DNA of 38,705 nucleotides. Source: Parvularia atlantis (lineage: Eukaryota). The DNA lies in the NCBI GenBank assembly GCA_943704415.1, contig CALSCO010000083.1, forward strand, positions 1 to 38,705. The letters run 5' to 3'. The notes under the pieces are model-generated. The model saw only the letters and a program-made list of their open reading frames with translations, was not told where the DNA came from and did no database searches. The position numbers and the translations under genes are program-made. This document shows, piece by piece, positions 11,801 through 22,952 of the stretch (its first letter is position 1; every line of letters starts with the position of its first letter).

Positions 11801-11936
11801 GGCCGAGGAAAAGGCGCACCTGCGCGGGCTCAGCTGGACGATCAAGCTGTTTGAGTGGGAGAGCTCGCGCGCCTTTGCGCGGCGCGCCCCGTCGTCGCTG
11901 GCCGGCGCGAGCGCGGGCGGGAGCGGGCGCAGTTGA
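8802..11936 (+). CDS. ANKFN1/WAKE/Banderuola-related protein with an N-terminal ubiquitin-like segment and no ankyrin/FN3
   Basis: Spliced blocks match, in order, my recollection of the ANKFN1 C-terminal region: GQVYLAAFLF..GRVLVTPAGLLPSVAI, ADFQWAIKRSLEF, FGVLHDEPVTTLDGATLLV, GLHIGLFY..LSLLVPKTNRHIIPTVYVRDDAALSEAEWAWL, LTPLPVFEALHQHVY, LRGLSWTIKLFEWE. TGA at 11934-11936. Confidence 0.7.
10218..10243. repeat. Intronic poly-C tract (26 nt)
   Basis: Homopolymer inside a GT-AG intron of the 8802-11936 gene. Confidence 0.9.
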
Positions 11937-11963
11937 TCGAGTGCTTGTGTGACAGAGTGAGCG

Positions 11964-12839
11964 ATGGGCGGCTTCTTGTCGCGCGCGCCGCCGCCACCAC
12001 AGGCCGCGCCGGGCAAGGCCGTGAGTGAGGCCGACCGGGCCGTGCTCGCGCTCAAGGGCCAGCGCGACCGACTGAAGCAGTACCAGCTGCGGGTGCGCCG
12101 CTGCAGCGGCAGCGGCCTGGCCGGTTGACGTGGCACACGCGCGTGCGCCGCGCAGATCAAGGCCGTGATCGAGCGCGAGGTGCAGATCGCCAAGACGCAC
12201 CTGGCCAGCGGCGACAAGCGGCGCGCGCTGCTGTGTCTGCGCAAGAAAAAGTACCAGGAGCAGCTGCTCGACAAGACCGACGCGCAGCTGCTCAACCTGG
12301 AGCAGCTCGTACGTCGCGGGCGCACGCGGCGACGACGCTGAGCGCACGCACTCGCACGCGCAGACGTCCACGCTCGAGTTCGCCACGATCCAGAGCGAGG
12401 TCCTCGAGGGGCTCAAGCGCGGCAAGGACGTGCTCAACCAGCTCAACGAGCAGATGCGGCTCGAGGACGTCGAGAAGCTGATGGCCGACACGGCCGATGC
12501 CATCGCCTACCAGCAGGCACGCCGCCGGGCCGGGGCGAGCGGTCGCGCACTCACCCGGCGCACGCAGGAGGTCGACGCGCTGCTCAACCAGAACCTGACG
12601 GCCGAGGACGAGGACGCCGTCAGCGCCGAGCTTGACGCGATCCTCGACCAGGTGCGGCGCGGTCTGCTCGTGGCACGCGCGGCCTGACGATCCCGTGTGC
12701 GCAGCAGCAGGACACGGGCGCCGCCGAGCAGCTCCAGTTCCCGAGCGTGCCCGACACCGAGCCCAGGCGCGCCGACTCGCCCGAGCCCGCCGCCGCCGCC
12801 GCCGCTCGCGCGCCGAGGCAGCGCCAGCTCGCTTCGTGA
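11964..12839 (+). CDS. VPS20: ESCRT-III subunit Vps20/CHMP6
   Basis: MGGFLS myristoylation start. VSEADRAVLALKGQRDRLKQYQ, ALLCLRKKKYQEQLLDKTDAQLLNLEQL, LEFATIQSEVLEGLKRG, EDEDAVSAEL and FPSVP motifs. Four introns. TGA at 12837-12839. Confidence 0.95.
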
Positions 12840-12883
12840 GCGAGAGAGACCGCCGGAACGTGTACAGCTCAAGCAGCCGTTTC

Positions 12884-13362
12884 TCAGACCTCGTCCTCGG
12901 TCAGGAGCATGTTGGGTATCCCGTTGACGATCGGGAAGACGCGGCCCGACTCGGGGCAAGTGAGCGAGCCCTCGACGACCTCGATCTGCCGCGCACACGG
13001 GCCGTGAGCGGTGCGCACGGCGCACGGGTGGCGCGCGCGCGCACCTCGAGCAGCACGTGGTGCATCTGGCGCAGAAAGTCCTCGTTCGTGAGCGCGTCGG
13101 GCTCCATCGGCAGCTGGTCGCCCGCGCCGATCTGCACACACGCGCATCAGCACCAGCGGGCGCCCCATCCATCCATCACACGCACGCCCGCCGCGGCCTC
13201 GCGCAGCACGCCGTAGTCGACGCGGCCAAACACGTTGCGCACAAAGTCCGCGCTGAAGTCGACCTCGCGCGTCTGCACCGCCGTCGCGGCCAGGCGCAGC
13301 GGGTAGCCCTGGCGCACGCCCACGACGTTGCTCGCGAGGAAGTTGTGCGTGAGCAGCTTCAT
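12884..13362 (-). CDS. TRM112: Multifunctional methyltransferase subunit Trm112
   Basis: [24 protein letters not shown]...[44 protein letters not shown]. Two introns. Confidence 0.96.
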
Positions 13363-13374
13363 TGCATTGTCAGC

Positions 13375-13801
13375 ATGGACGACGAGGAGAAGCGTGACGC
13401 AGCGGTCGCTGAGGCGGACGAGGGCGCGGACGAGGGCGACGAGGAGGACGCGGAGGGCGACGAGGACGAGGTCGAGGAGGACGAGGACGAGGAGGCGGGC
13501 GCGGACGACGCCGACGCGGCCCACACCGACGGCAAGGGTGGCGAGGGAGACGACGAGCGCGAGGACACGACCAACGACGAGGACGACGAGCCCGCGCCGC
13601 TCGCCTTTGGGAAGGCCGGCAAGGCCTACAAGGACACGATCATGATCAAGAAGCAGAACCACGCCAAGCGCTCGTCGCTCGTGCTCACGCCCGACACCGC
13701 CTCGCCCGCCTCGCCCGAGGGTGCGCAGTCTCGCGCAAACGTTTGCGTTGCTCCTGCCGTTCACGTCACCGCCTCGCCCAGGGCACGTCCGCTTCAAGTG
13801 A
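13375..13801 (+). CDS. Small highly acidic protein (121 aa), unknown function
   Basis: ATG at 13375 starts a D/E-rich exon with GAC/GAG codon bias. Intron 13721-13781. Last exon ends GHVRFK* (TGA at 13799-13801). Confidence 0.65.
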
Positions 13802-13855
13802 CCACCGGCCGACTGTCTGCCTGTGTACACGCACTCGATCCCACGCCGATCTGCC

Positions 13856-16800
13856 TCACGCCGCCGCAGACAGCCCCTGCATCAGACGCCGCGCCATCGC
13901 CCCGGCCGCGTCGTCGCGCGCCAGATACTTGTCGACGCGCCCCAGCAGCGACAGCACGCGCGGCATCGGCACGGCATCGCTCAGTGCCGCCTCGGTCTGC
14001 ACCGCACCACGCGCGTGTGAGCCCAGGCCCCGAGTCAGGGCGCGCGCGCGCACCTTGTCGTCTGTGCGCAGCGACGCGATCGACCGGCTCAACCACGCGT
14101 TCACGTCGGCCGGCAGAACCGAGAGCAGTCGGCGTAGCTCCTGCCGCGGCAGCTGCGACAGGCGCTGCCAGGCGAGGTGCAGCACGCGCTGGCCCAGCGG
14201 CGCCGTGCGCGTCAGCCGCGCCGCAAGCTCGTCGCCGCGCTGGTCCTCCCCGCGCTCATAGTGTACCAACGCGAGCTCCTGCGACCACAGCGACTCAGCA
14301 AGCCGCTCGCGCGCGCGTGCAGACGTGCCTCGTAGATCGGGTCTGTCGGCAGGTGCCACAGGTCCGCCAGCGCGAGCACCTCGGCCTCGTCCAGCGGCGC
14401 GACCTGCAGCACGAAGCGCAGTCGCTCGTCGACCAGCGTCGCCCTGTGCACCGGCCGTGTCATTCACGCCGCAGCCACCAGTCCGTCACGCACGGCGGAG
14501 CGCTCGCCGCGGTCCCAGACGGCTCGACTCGCGCCAGGCCCATCAGGCGCGCAGGCACGTCCGGGTCGATCAGCGCCAGCGGCCGCACTTGCCGCAGCTG
14601 CGTGTGCGCGAGCGTCGTCCGGGTGACGTGGCACAGTGCCACGGTCTGCTGCACGACGGCCGGGCTGAGCACAAGCGGCGCGCTGGCGACGTGCTCGTGT
14701 TGGACCGCCTGGACCCGCGTGCGCGCGCGTGAGAAAGCGGCCGGTCGCGTCAATATGTGCCGCGAACCTCGCACGCGAGCAGGACCGCGTGCAGCATGCT
14801 GTGACACGTCGCCAGCGGCACGACGCCGGGCGCTGCTGCCGACGCGGCTGTAGAGCGGCGACCCGCGACGGACGCAGTGGACACACGCGGGGCGCCCGCG
14901 GACGGTGCCGGCGCAGCAGGCTCGGCTGCCGGGCGGATCTCTGCGATGGCGCGTGCGGTCAGGGTTCGCACGCGACCTGCGCGTGAGCGCACCGTTGTCC
15001 GCGACCATCGCTGGCGTGTACACGGCCTTGCCGCTTAGCAGCTGCTGCAGGTGCTTCACCAGCTTGGCCACCTCGGCCGTGCTCCGGTCGTACTGCAGCG
15101 CACCCACGCACGCCTGCATTGCCCGCGCGGCCTCGGCGCAGCTCAGCCCGACGGCCGTCTGCAGCTGCCTGTCGCGCGGCGCGTGCTTGACCTTCTCAAC
15201 TAGGTACACGAGCTGCCGCAGCAGCTCGGCCAGGATGCCCGCCGCGGGCACGGTCTCTGCCACGGCCGGCAGGCTCTGCAAGCGCGTGTCAGTGCTCCCT
15301 GCCCCGTCGCACGGCGGGCAGAGTCACCTCTGGCCGCGGCGTCCACAGAAACATGATCGCGGCGTTTCGCAGCGCCGGATGCCCCACCGACACCAGCTGC
15401 TCCACCGCCTGCTCGAGCGCCTCTGCGACTCGTGCAGTCAGCACCGTGCGCACCGCACCGCACACCGCACACACCCGCCCGACCCGCCGTCGCCGTCGCA
15501 AACCGCTCAAGGCACACCCACGACCGGTACAGCGCGCTAACGTCGTACGGCAGCAGCTCGGCAAAGTGCGCGCGCAGGTTGGTCAGGTGCCGCTGCGGCC
15601 TGCGTCAGCATGCGCGCGGGCGAAACCTCCGCAGCGGCAAACCTTGCGCGCCGTCACCGTCTCGGGCGGCCAATCGACCGCGTGCACCACCAGCTCGAGC
15701 TGCAGACGCTCCACCAGCGTCGGCACAAGGTCCTGATGCGCCTACAGCCGCAGCAGCGCATTTTCAGCGGTAAACAATGCCCAGAGCCAGCGCACCAGCC
15801 GCCAGGCACCGCGCGACAGCGGGAACTGCAGCAGCAGCGCCGACGAGCACGCGGCGTACACCCGGAAGCAGTCCGACAGCTGTTGCAGCACTTCGAGCCA
15901 CGGAAAGCCGACAAAGGTGGGCTGCCGGCCGTTTTCGTCAGCGTCCTGCACTGCACGGTCCCTCAGCAGGCGCACCGGGATCAGCTCAGCGTTGGGCAGC
16001 TCGGTCGCGACGATGGACGACACGGCCGCCGCAAGCACCGTCGCGTGGGCCACCTGCGGCCCCGTCAGCGACAAGCTCAAGGCGCAACCGGGCCCGCACC
16101 CGTGTCGTCTGCGTCACAAACGCCAGCACGGCGTCGTCGTCGAGCGCCCACGCGAGCTTCTTGCGCGTCTGGCCGTGCGCCGGGTTGACGGACGTCCACA
16201 CGTCTTCCGGCTCAAGCGACTGCGCCAGGCTGTTGCGCTTCGCCTGCGCGTACTCGAACGCCACGTCCAGCTCGTCCTCCCCGTCCAAAAAGTCGCTCGG
16301 CGGCTCGGGCGGCGGGCGCCGCACCACGCCGGCCGCGCACAGCGGCGACAGCGTCCACGTCGTCGACGCGGCGTCGCCCGCCTCGGCCGGCGGCACCCAG
16401 CGCGGCAGCAGCAGGCACAGCGGCTCGGGCGGGAGGACTGTGAGCCACGCAATGAAGAGGTCCTGTGCACCCCCGTCCGCTCAAACCGTGTTCAGAACGA
16501 ATGCAGCCCTCACGCACCGTCAGCGCCTGGCGTCCGAGCAGCCGCTGCAGCGGACGCAGCACGTGCTGGCGAAAGCGGCCGTCGCCGCCCTGCACACGCA
16601 GCACGGGCGTGAAGACGAACGAGGCTGTCGTGGTGCACGCGATCAGCGACGCGGTGCCGACACCGTGCCGCGCACCGAGGTCGCGCATGTCGGCCGACGT
16701 GAGGGTCGTGCGCAGCGAGAGCGACGCAAACGAGCTGTCAAACTCGACCGCGCCGGCCTGGCCCTCGCCCGCCTCAAGCGCGTCCAGATGGCGGCTCCAG

Positions 16801-19423
16801 TCAAACGCGCGCACCCAGCGCACGAGGCCGATCGTGCGCGGGCCGTCCGGGCTATGCACGGGCGTGTGAGCAAGACCGCACGCCGTGACACGGCGCGAGA
16901 GGGCATACGCGGCAAAGTCAGGCCCGCTCTGCCGCGTCTGCAGGGCGCTCCAGTCGTGCACGAGGCGTGTGGTCTCGGTCATCAGGTGGTGCGTCGAGCT
17001 GCGGCGGCACGTTTAGCGCACACGAGCAACACGGCGCCGCAGCACGCACACGATCGCGCCGGCGTAGGGCGGGTGCTGTACGGGCGTGTGCACGTGCTCG
17101 AAGCGTCGCGTGTGCTGCTCACGGTGGAGGCCGCACAGCAGCTCGTGCACTTGCGTCAACCGGTCGAGCAGCAGCAGCGGGTGGCCCGACGGCACGCTCT
17201 CGCCCTCGTCCGCCTCGCCGCCCTGCTCAATCAGCACGCCGCCAGAGTCCACGGCCGCCGCGTAGGCCTCGGCCGCGACCGCGTCGGCCAGCCCGTCTGG
17301 TAGCGACAACAGCACCACCTGCAGCTTGGCCAGCAGCGACTCGAGCTCGCGCACGAGGTGGCCCAGCGTTGCGCCGCCATCGGGGCGCATCGCGGCGGGC
17401 TGCACGTAGTGTGAGGTTTGGCAGCCGAGTGGGGGCCAGCTCTAATGCGCGCACCTCGCGCAGCAGCTCAGTGATCTGCCGCAGGCGCATCTTGTTGCGG
17501 TATGCGGCGCTCGTGATGGCCCTGCGCGCCTCGTCAGCGGCGAGGGTGCAAGGGGCTGCCCACGTGGGCGCGCACTGCAGCGACAGGTGGAACGACGGAA
17601 GCAGCTGCCGCACAAGCCCAGTCGGATACACGATGAACGCCTGGACGCTCGTGCCTGCGGTCGTGTGCGGCGCAACGCCCGACGTCGGGATGCCGTGGAA
17701 GCACGCGCCGAGGGCGCTGCGGCGCGCGCGGTGTCAGCTGCGCAGCGGGAGGCAGCGGCGGACGGCACCGCACCAGATCGGCGCGGTCACCAGCGTGCAG
17801 TCCGGCCCAACCGAGTACGCGCTCACGCGCCGGCCGTGGCGTGCCTGCCACACCTCGAGTAGGCCGCGGCGCGGCGCGTAGATCGCGAGGAAGGCCGTGC
17901 GCCGGCACCGGCTGCGCAGCCGCGGCGACTGCAGGGGCGTGCGCTCAGGCGTTCCGGCGTCGTCGTTGTCGTCGGTCGCCTCAATCCAGGCGCACTGCGC
18001 GTCGCGATAGCCCTTCCACATGCGCACGGCCGTAAGCGACGCGACATCGACGAGCAGCACGCGGCCGAGGCTGTCGACCACGGCCGCGGTCGTGCACGTC
18101 GGGTCGAGCGCGAGCGACAGCGCTGAGCGGTTGGCGTCGACTAGGCGCCGCACGGGTGCAAGCGGGGTGGCCGCAGCGAGGCGCTCCTCGCCTGCCTGGG
18201 CTTGTGCGCCAGCGCCGCCACTGCCGCTCCCGCCGCCGCCGCCACCGCCCGTCGCACTGCTGCCAAACCAGCCCTTGGCAAACGAGAGCACAGCGCTGGT
18301 GAGGCGGGCGGCGATGAACTGGAACGCGACGGACGAGAGCAAGGGCTTGCTGTCGTCCGAGCTGCTGTGCTCGGCCAAGTACGGCCCCGTACCGCCCGCG
18401 AGGAAGCGCACGATGGGCGGCGCGGCGAACGCGAGGCCGGGCGTGGGCACATTGAGCGGGCCTGTGCGCGCGTGAGCATACATGTCGGCGCGTGAATGCG
18501 GCGCCAGATGCACCGCAGCTGACGGCGTCGGCGAGCGCGTTGTAGCCCGTCAGCGCCCACTTTTTGTACGAGATCGGCGGCACGGCGGTGGCGTCTGCAC
18601 CTGCGCGTGAGCCGCATCGTCTCGCGGGCAGGTCGGCGGCGCGCGCACCGGCCGCGGCCGCGTCCAGCTGGCGCAGGCACGCCAGCAGCGTCGCGTACAG
18701 ACTCTGGCCGTCGAATGCGACGATCGCGTCTGGGAAGTGGATGCACAGCTCGGCGACCTCGGCGGGCGGCGCGGCGATGTCGCCGACGACGACACCGGGC
18801 GGGCGCTGCTGCACGATGAGCTTGGTGACGGGCAGGCGGTGCAGGCGCTGCGTGAACATGATGCGCGCGTCCTGCGCGGGCGCGGGTGACGCCGTGTCAC
18901 GCAACCGCGCGGGCGACGCCGCGCCGCACCGCCGTGTACGCGCGCACGACCCCGTCGCTGAAACCGACGAGGACGCACAGCAGCGCGCTGCGGGGACGCC
19001 GCCGCCGCGTCGATCAGTGCGAGCGGCACGCGTGCGCGCGCGGTGATGCGCACTCGTCATGCTTTCGCGCGACGTGGAAGCAGCACAACGCGCTGACGCT
19101 ACAGCCACGGCGTCAGCTCGGCGCACGTCGACCCACCCGACGCGCGCGGCGCGCGCGCACCTCGCCGCCTCGCTCGGCAGCGCAAACTCGTGCGGCAGCG
19201 GCTCGAAGCGCGGCTCCGGTGCGGCCGCGCGCGCGCGCCAGACGCGGAGGCGCGTCCCGTGCGCAGTCACGAGCGCGCGCGCGTCCGCACTCAGCGCGAA
19301 CAGCGTGCCGCGGCCCTGCACATTGTGTACGCGCGCGTGTCAGCGTCTCGCCCCGGGCACGCAGCGTCGCGGCCAACGCGCCTGCGGCTCGCTGAGAACG
19401 CCGACAGGCACAGGCGTCTCCAT
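13856..19423 (-). CDS. RAB3GAP2: Rab3 GTPase-activating protein non-catalytic subunit (RAB3GAP2-like)
   Basis: Conserved N-domain motifs: LLCVLVGFSDGVVRAYT, LTSAVLSFAKGWFG, AAVVDSLGRVLLVDV..VRMWKGYRDAQCAWI, FLAIYAPRRGLLEVW. Many short introns. The last exon ends at TGA 13856-13858. C-terminal exon structure was only partly traced. Confidence 0.88.
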
Positions 19424-19433
19424 CACGGTAACT

Positions 19434-21411
19434 TCACAACAGCAAGTCAGCGATCGCTAGCCCGGTCGGCGGCGCAAAGACAAAGTCGACCGCGGGCGGC
19501 TCGCCGCCGTCGTCGGGCGCGCCCGGACGCCCCGGCGGCCACGTCGTCGGTGCTGCCGCGGCGATGCCGACGGGCTGGTGGAACGCGGTGATGAAGGCGA
19601 GCAGGCGCAGCGAGAGCGCACGCATGTGCAGCGAGTGCCGTCCGCGCAGCTCCGTCCGCTGCAGCAGGCCCGTACTCGTTACGCGGCGGCAGATGTGCGC
19701 GTTGAGCGCGCTGTCGAAGAGTGGCAGGCCAAAGTGCACGTCCAGCGGCACCCAGCGCGGCCGCCCGTCCGGCCCGTGCCCGCGCAGCAGCCGCACGTAG
19801 CCGCAATTGGAGTTGATCGCGAGCTGCTCCTGCAGCCGCCGCAGCAGCGCCATGACGTCGTCTGGGGCATGGGGCGCGGCGCGCGTGAGTCGCACAGGCC
19901 CACGCACGCCCGCTGCGCCACGCCACCCTCATACGCGTCCTCCGGCACAAGCGGGAACGGCACGTCCATCGTCAGCGCCTCGGACGCCGGCGCGCCCGCG
20001 AGGCGGTAGCCCTGCACGACCAGGGCCGCGGTCGCGAGCAGGTCGTTGATCGGGAGCAAGGCCGACCAGGTCGGGAGGATCTGCGTCTCGCGCCCGACCA
20101 CCGTCACCAGCACCTCGTCGTACGCGTGGAACATCTCGGGCAGGTACCGCAGGCGCGTGCCCGTCGTTAGCACGAGCGTCGGCGGGCCGCTCTCGACCAG
20201 GGCGTAGACAAACAGCTTGAACCAGAACGTGTTCACCTGCGCGGCCCGCTCGAGGATGCGACGCCGCGCGAGCAGGCGCGCGCTTACCTCGGGGATGGGC
20301 GGGCCGAGGTGTGCGGGCACGGCCGAGCGCAGGGTCTGGCAGTCGGCCGCGACGGGCGTCATCGACAGGAGGATGTCGTAGTTTTTGCCTGTGTGTGCGC
20401 GCCGTCAGCGGGTGCAGCGAGCGAGGGCAGTGTGATGCACCCAGCACGCGCTGCCGCGTCGCCACGTCCAGGCTCGACAAGCTCTCGTAGCGGATGAGGT
20501 CTGCGTCGCGTGCGCATCAGTCGGGCCGCAGCGCCAGTCGAGCAGACGCACCGACGCCGGCCGCGAAGGTCGTCGTGCGCGGCCCGCGCTTGCGCCCGTC
20601 CTCGTCCATCTCAGCCTCGCCGCGCAGGAAGCGCAGCGTCTGGTACAAGGTCACGGCGTGGTCAAAGTAGCGCTGCGCGTCGCCCTCGGAGATCGGTGCG
20701 CTCTTGACCTGCCGCGCGCTATGCCTGAGCGGCTGCATGGCCAGGCCGCGCGCGCACCTTGACCAGCTCGTCCATGAACGAGTCGAGTGACTCGTTCGAC
20801 AGCTTGCCGACCTCGAACATCGTCACGGCGTGGCTCTTGAGCCCGAGCGACAGGTTGCCCATCATCAGAAACGCCGTCAGGCTCGAGTCAAACAGGAACC
20901 CGGCGCGGCGCGCAAACAGCGACAGTGGCTGCATCGGCGGCGGCTTCGGCGCGGCCCCGCCGCTCGACGGCAGCGACGACGAGAACGCGGGCGTCCCGCC
21001 GCTGCTGAGCGATGACTGCGACAGCGTGGTCGCGACAGACGGCAGCGACGCCCGCGCGGGCCCGGGCGAGAACTCGCTCATGAGCAGCCGAGGCGCGCCC
21101 AGCCCGAGCTCTGGCACCGACGCATGAGCCGCCGGCGAGGCGCGCGTGCCCGCAGCGCACCGGTGCCGTCGCCGAGCGCGAGCTGCGACGATGCCACAGA
21201 ACCGGAGCCTGTTCGCGGGGCACGTCAGCCTGTGCCGGTCAACGCAGGGCCATCGCACGGTTGGGCGTCGTGGCGGGCCAGTCGCTCGACGTACGCACGG
21301 CCTCGTCGCTGTCGTCCTCGAGCGACGACGACGACGCGACCTGGCCCGTCGGCAGGTCGAGGATCTCGTACTCGACGGCCATCGTCTGCCTGCGCGCTCA
21401 GGTCAGCACCG

Positions 21412-21485
<74 letters not shown>

Positions 21486-21659
21486 CGCAGGCGCGCACCT
21501 GGGCTGCCGCCTGAGTACGTCGGTCCAGGATGCGTGCGCCGGTATCCTGCGCCCGCGCGCGTCGAGCATCTCGGCGTTCTTCTTGATCGCGAAGCCGAGG
21601 CGGCAGTAGACCGAGACGGCGTCCTGCACGCGGGTCATGCGTGAGCGGGTGTCGCACAG

Positions 21660-21731
<72 letters not shown>

Positions 21732-22785
21732 TGACCATTTGTGCGTCGATCTGGAGCACATTGCTCAGCTCGGCCACGTTGGTCGTCTCGTCGATCGTCA
21801 CGAAGATCTTGTACAGCAGCGTCTCAAAGTAGTCGCCCTGGACGCGGTTCATCACGAAGCCCTCGAGCGGGGGCACTGCGCGCCGGCCCGCTCAGCCACC
21901 GTGCAGACAGCGTCGCACGGCTCACCGGCCACGTAGTCCTCCTCGCTGATCGGCACGTCAAGGTAGATCAGCGCGCGGCGGTAGAGCGCGCGGACGGTGC
22001 CGTGCGCGAGCTCGCCCGCAAACACGTGCTTGCGACGGAGCAGCAGCTGCAGCGCCGCGCGCTCGTCGTCGCCGACCTGCTACAGTGGGCGCGCGATGGC
22101 AGCGTGAGCGTGCGCGCAGCAGCAGGAGGGCGCTCACCCGCAGCGCGTCGTCGTTCACGCCGACCGGGTGCACGACCCACCACGGCTCCATGTGGAAGTC
22201 GACCGGGTGCGCCGGCAGGAGATCGAGGATGGCGGCCGACTTGCGCCGCATCACCAGGCCCCACAGGCCGCCGCTCTTGGCCGCCTTGCTCTGATTCATG
22301 CGGTCGATGTACTCGTTGCGGCCGATGCCGAGCAGGCGCAGGCAGTCCTTGGCGGTAAAGTTGGGCAGCGAGTCGTAGCTGCGCTCGCGCGTCATGAGGT
22401 CGCACATGATGTCGATGTAGTACTGGAACGGCGTCACGTGTAGCGCCCGCACGATCACGTCCGAGAGGTGGTACGGGAAGAGCTGCGCACGGGCGGCGCG
22501 TCAGATCGCTCGCCTCACGCCGCCACACACGCGCGGCCGCCGTGCCATCAGGTTCTCCTTGCTCGTCGCGACCAGCTCCTCGTAGTACTTGCGCTCGTCC
22601 GGGTAGAACTTGCGCACGAGGCCCGTGCGCCATCGCAGCTGGTTGCGCACGGAGATGGCGCAGACCTCGCGCTCCCAGAGCTGGCGCGCGTTCTTGAACG
22701 ACTCGCGCACGGCCTGCGGCAGCTGCTCCCACGGGCAGTTCTGCCGGATGAGCAGCTCAACGTCGAACGCGTCGTCGCCCTCCAT
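19434..22785 (-). CDS. FAM91A1: FAM91A1 orthologue
   Basis: [119 protein letters not shown] at 19434-19436. Confidence 0.95.
21413..21483. repeat. Intronic (TG/CA)n microsatellite in FAM91A1
   Basis: Perfect dinucleotide run within an intron. Confidence 0.95.
21663..21729. repeat. Intronic (GT)n microsatellite starting exactly at a 5' splice site of FAM91A1
   Basis: Minus strand reads AAG|GTGTGTGT...GTGCAG...CTCAC...GTGCAG|GAC. Confidence 0.95.
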
Positions 22786-22911
22786 CCAGTCGACGACGGT
22801 CGTCTGACGGATGTGGCCTCGCGGACATGTTTGGCGCCTGGCTGGGATGCGCGCTTGCTCACGCGCGCCGCGCGCTGTTCTCCTCGTTGGACCCCGCTGC
22901 TGACGCCAGCG

Positions 22912-22932
22912 CCCCCCCCCCCCCCCCCCCCC
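22912..22932. repeat. Poly-C tract (21 nt) between a branch-point-like CTGAC and a CAG just upstream of the COX6A ATG
   Basis: Homopolymer seen directly. Confidence 0.9.
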
Positions 22933-22952
22933 GCGCACGCGCGCGCAGAGAA

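Noticed and set aside
11934..11966. Read-through or selenocysteine fusion of the ANKFN1-like gene with VPS20
   Set aside because: There is a second in-frame TGA in the spacer, no SECIS is evident, and Vps20 needs its own N-terminal Gly.
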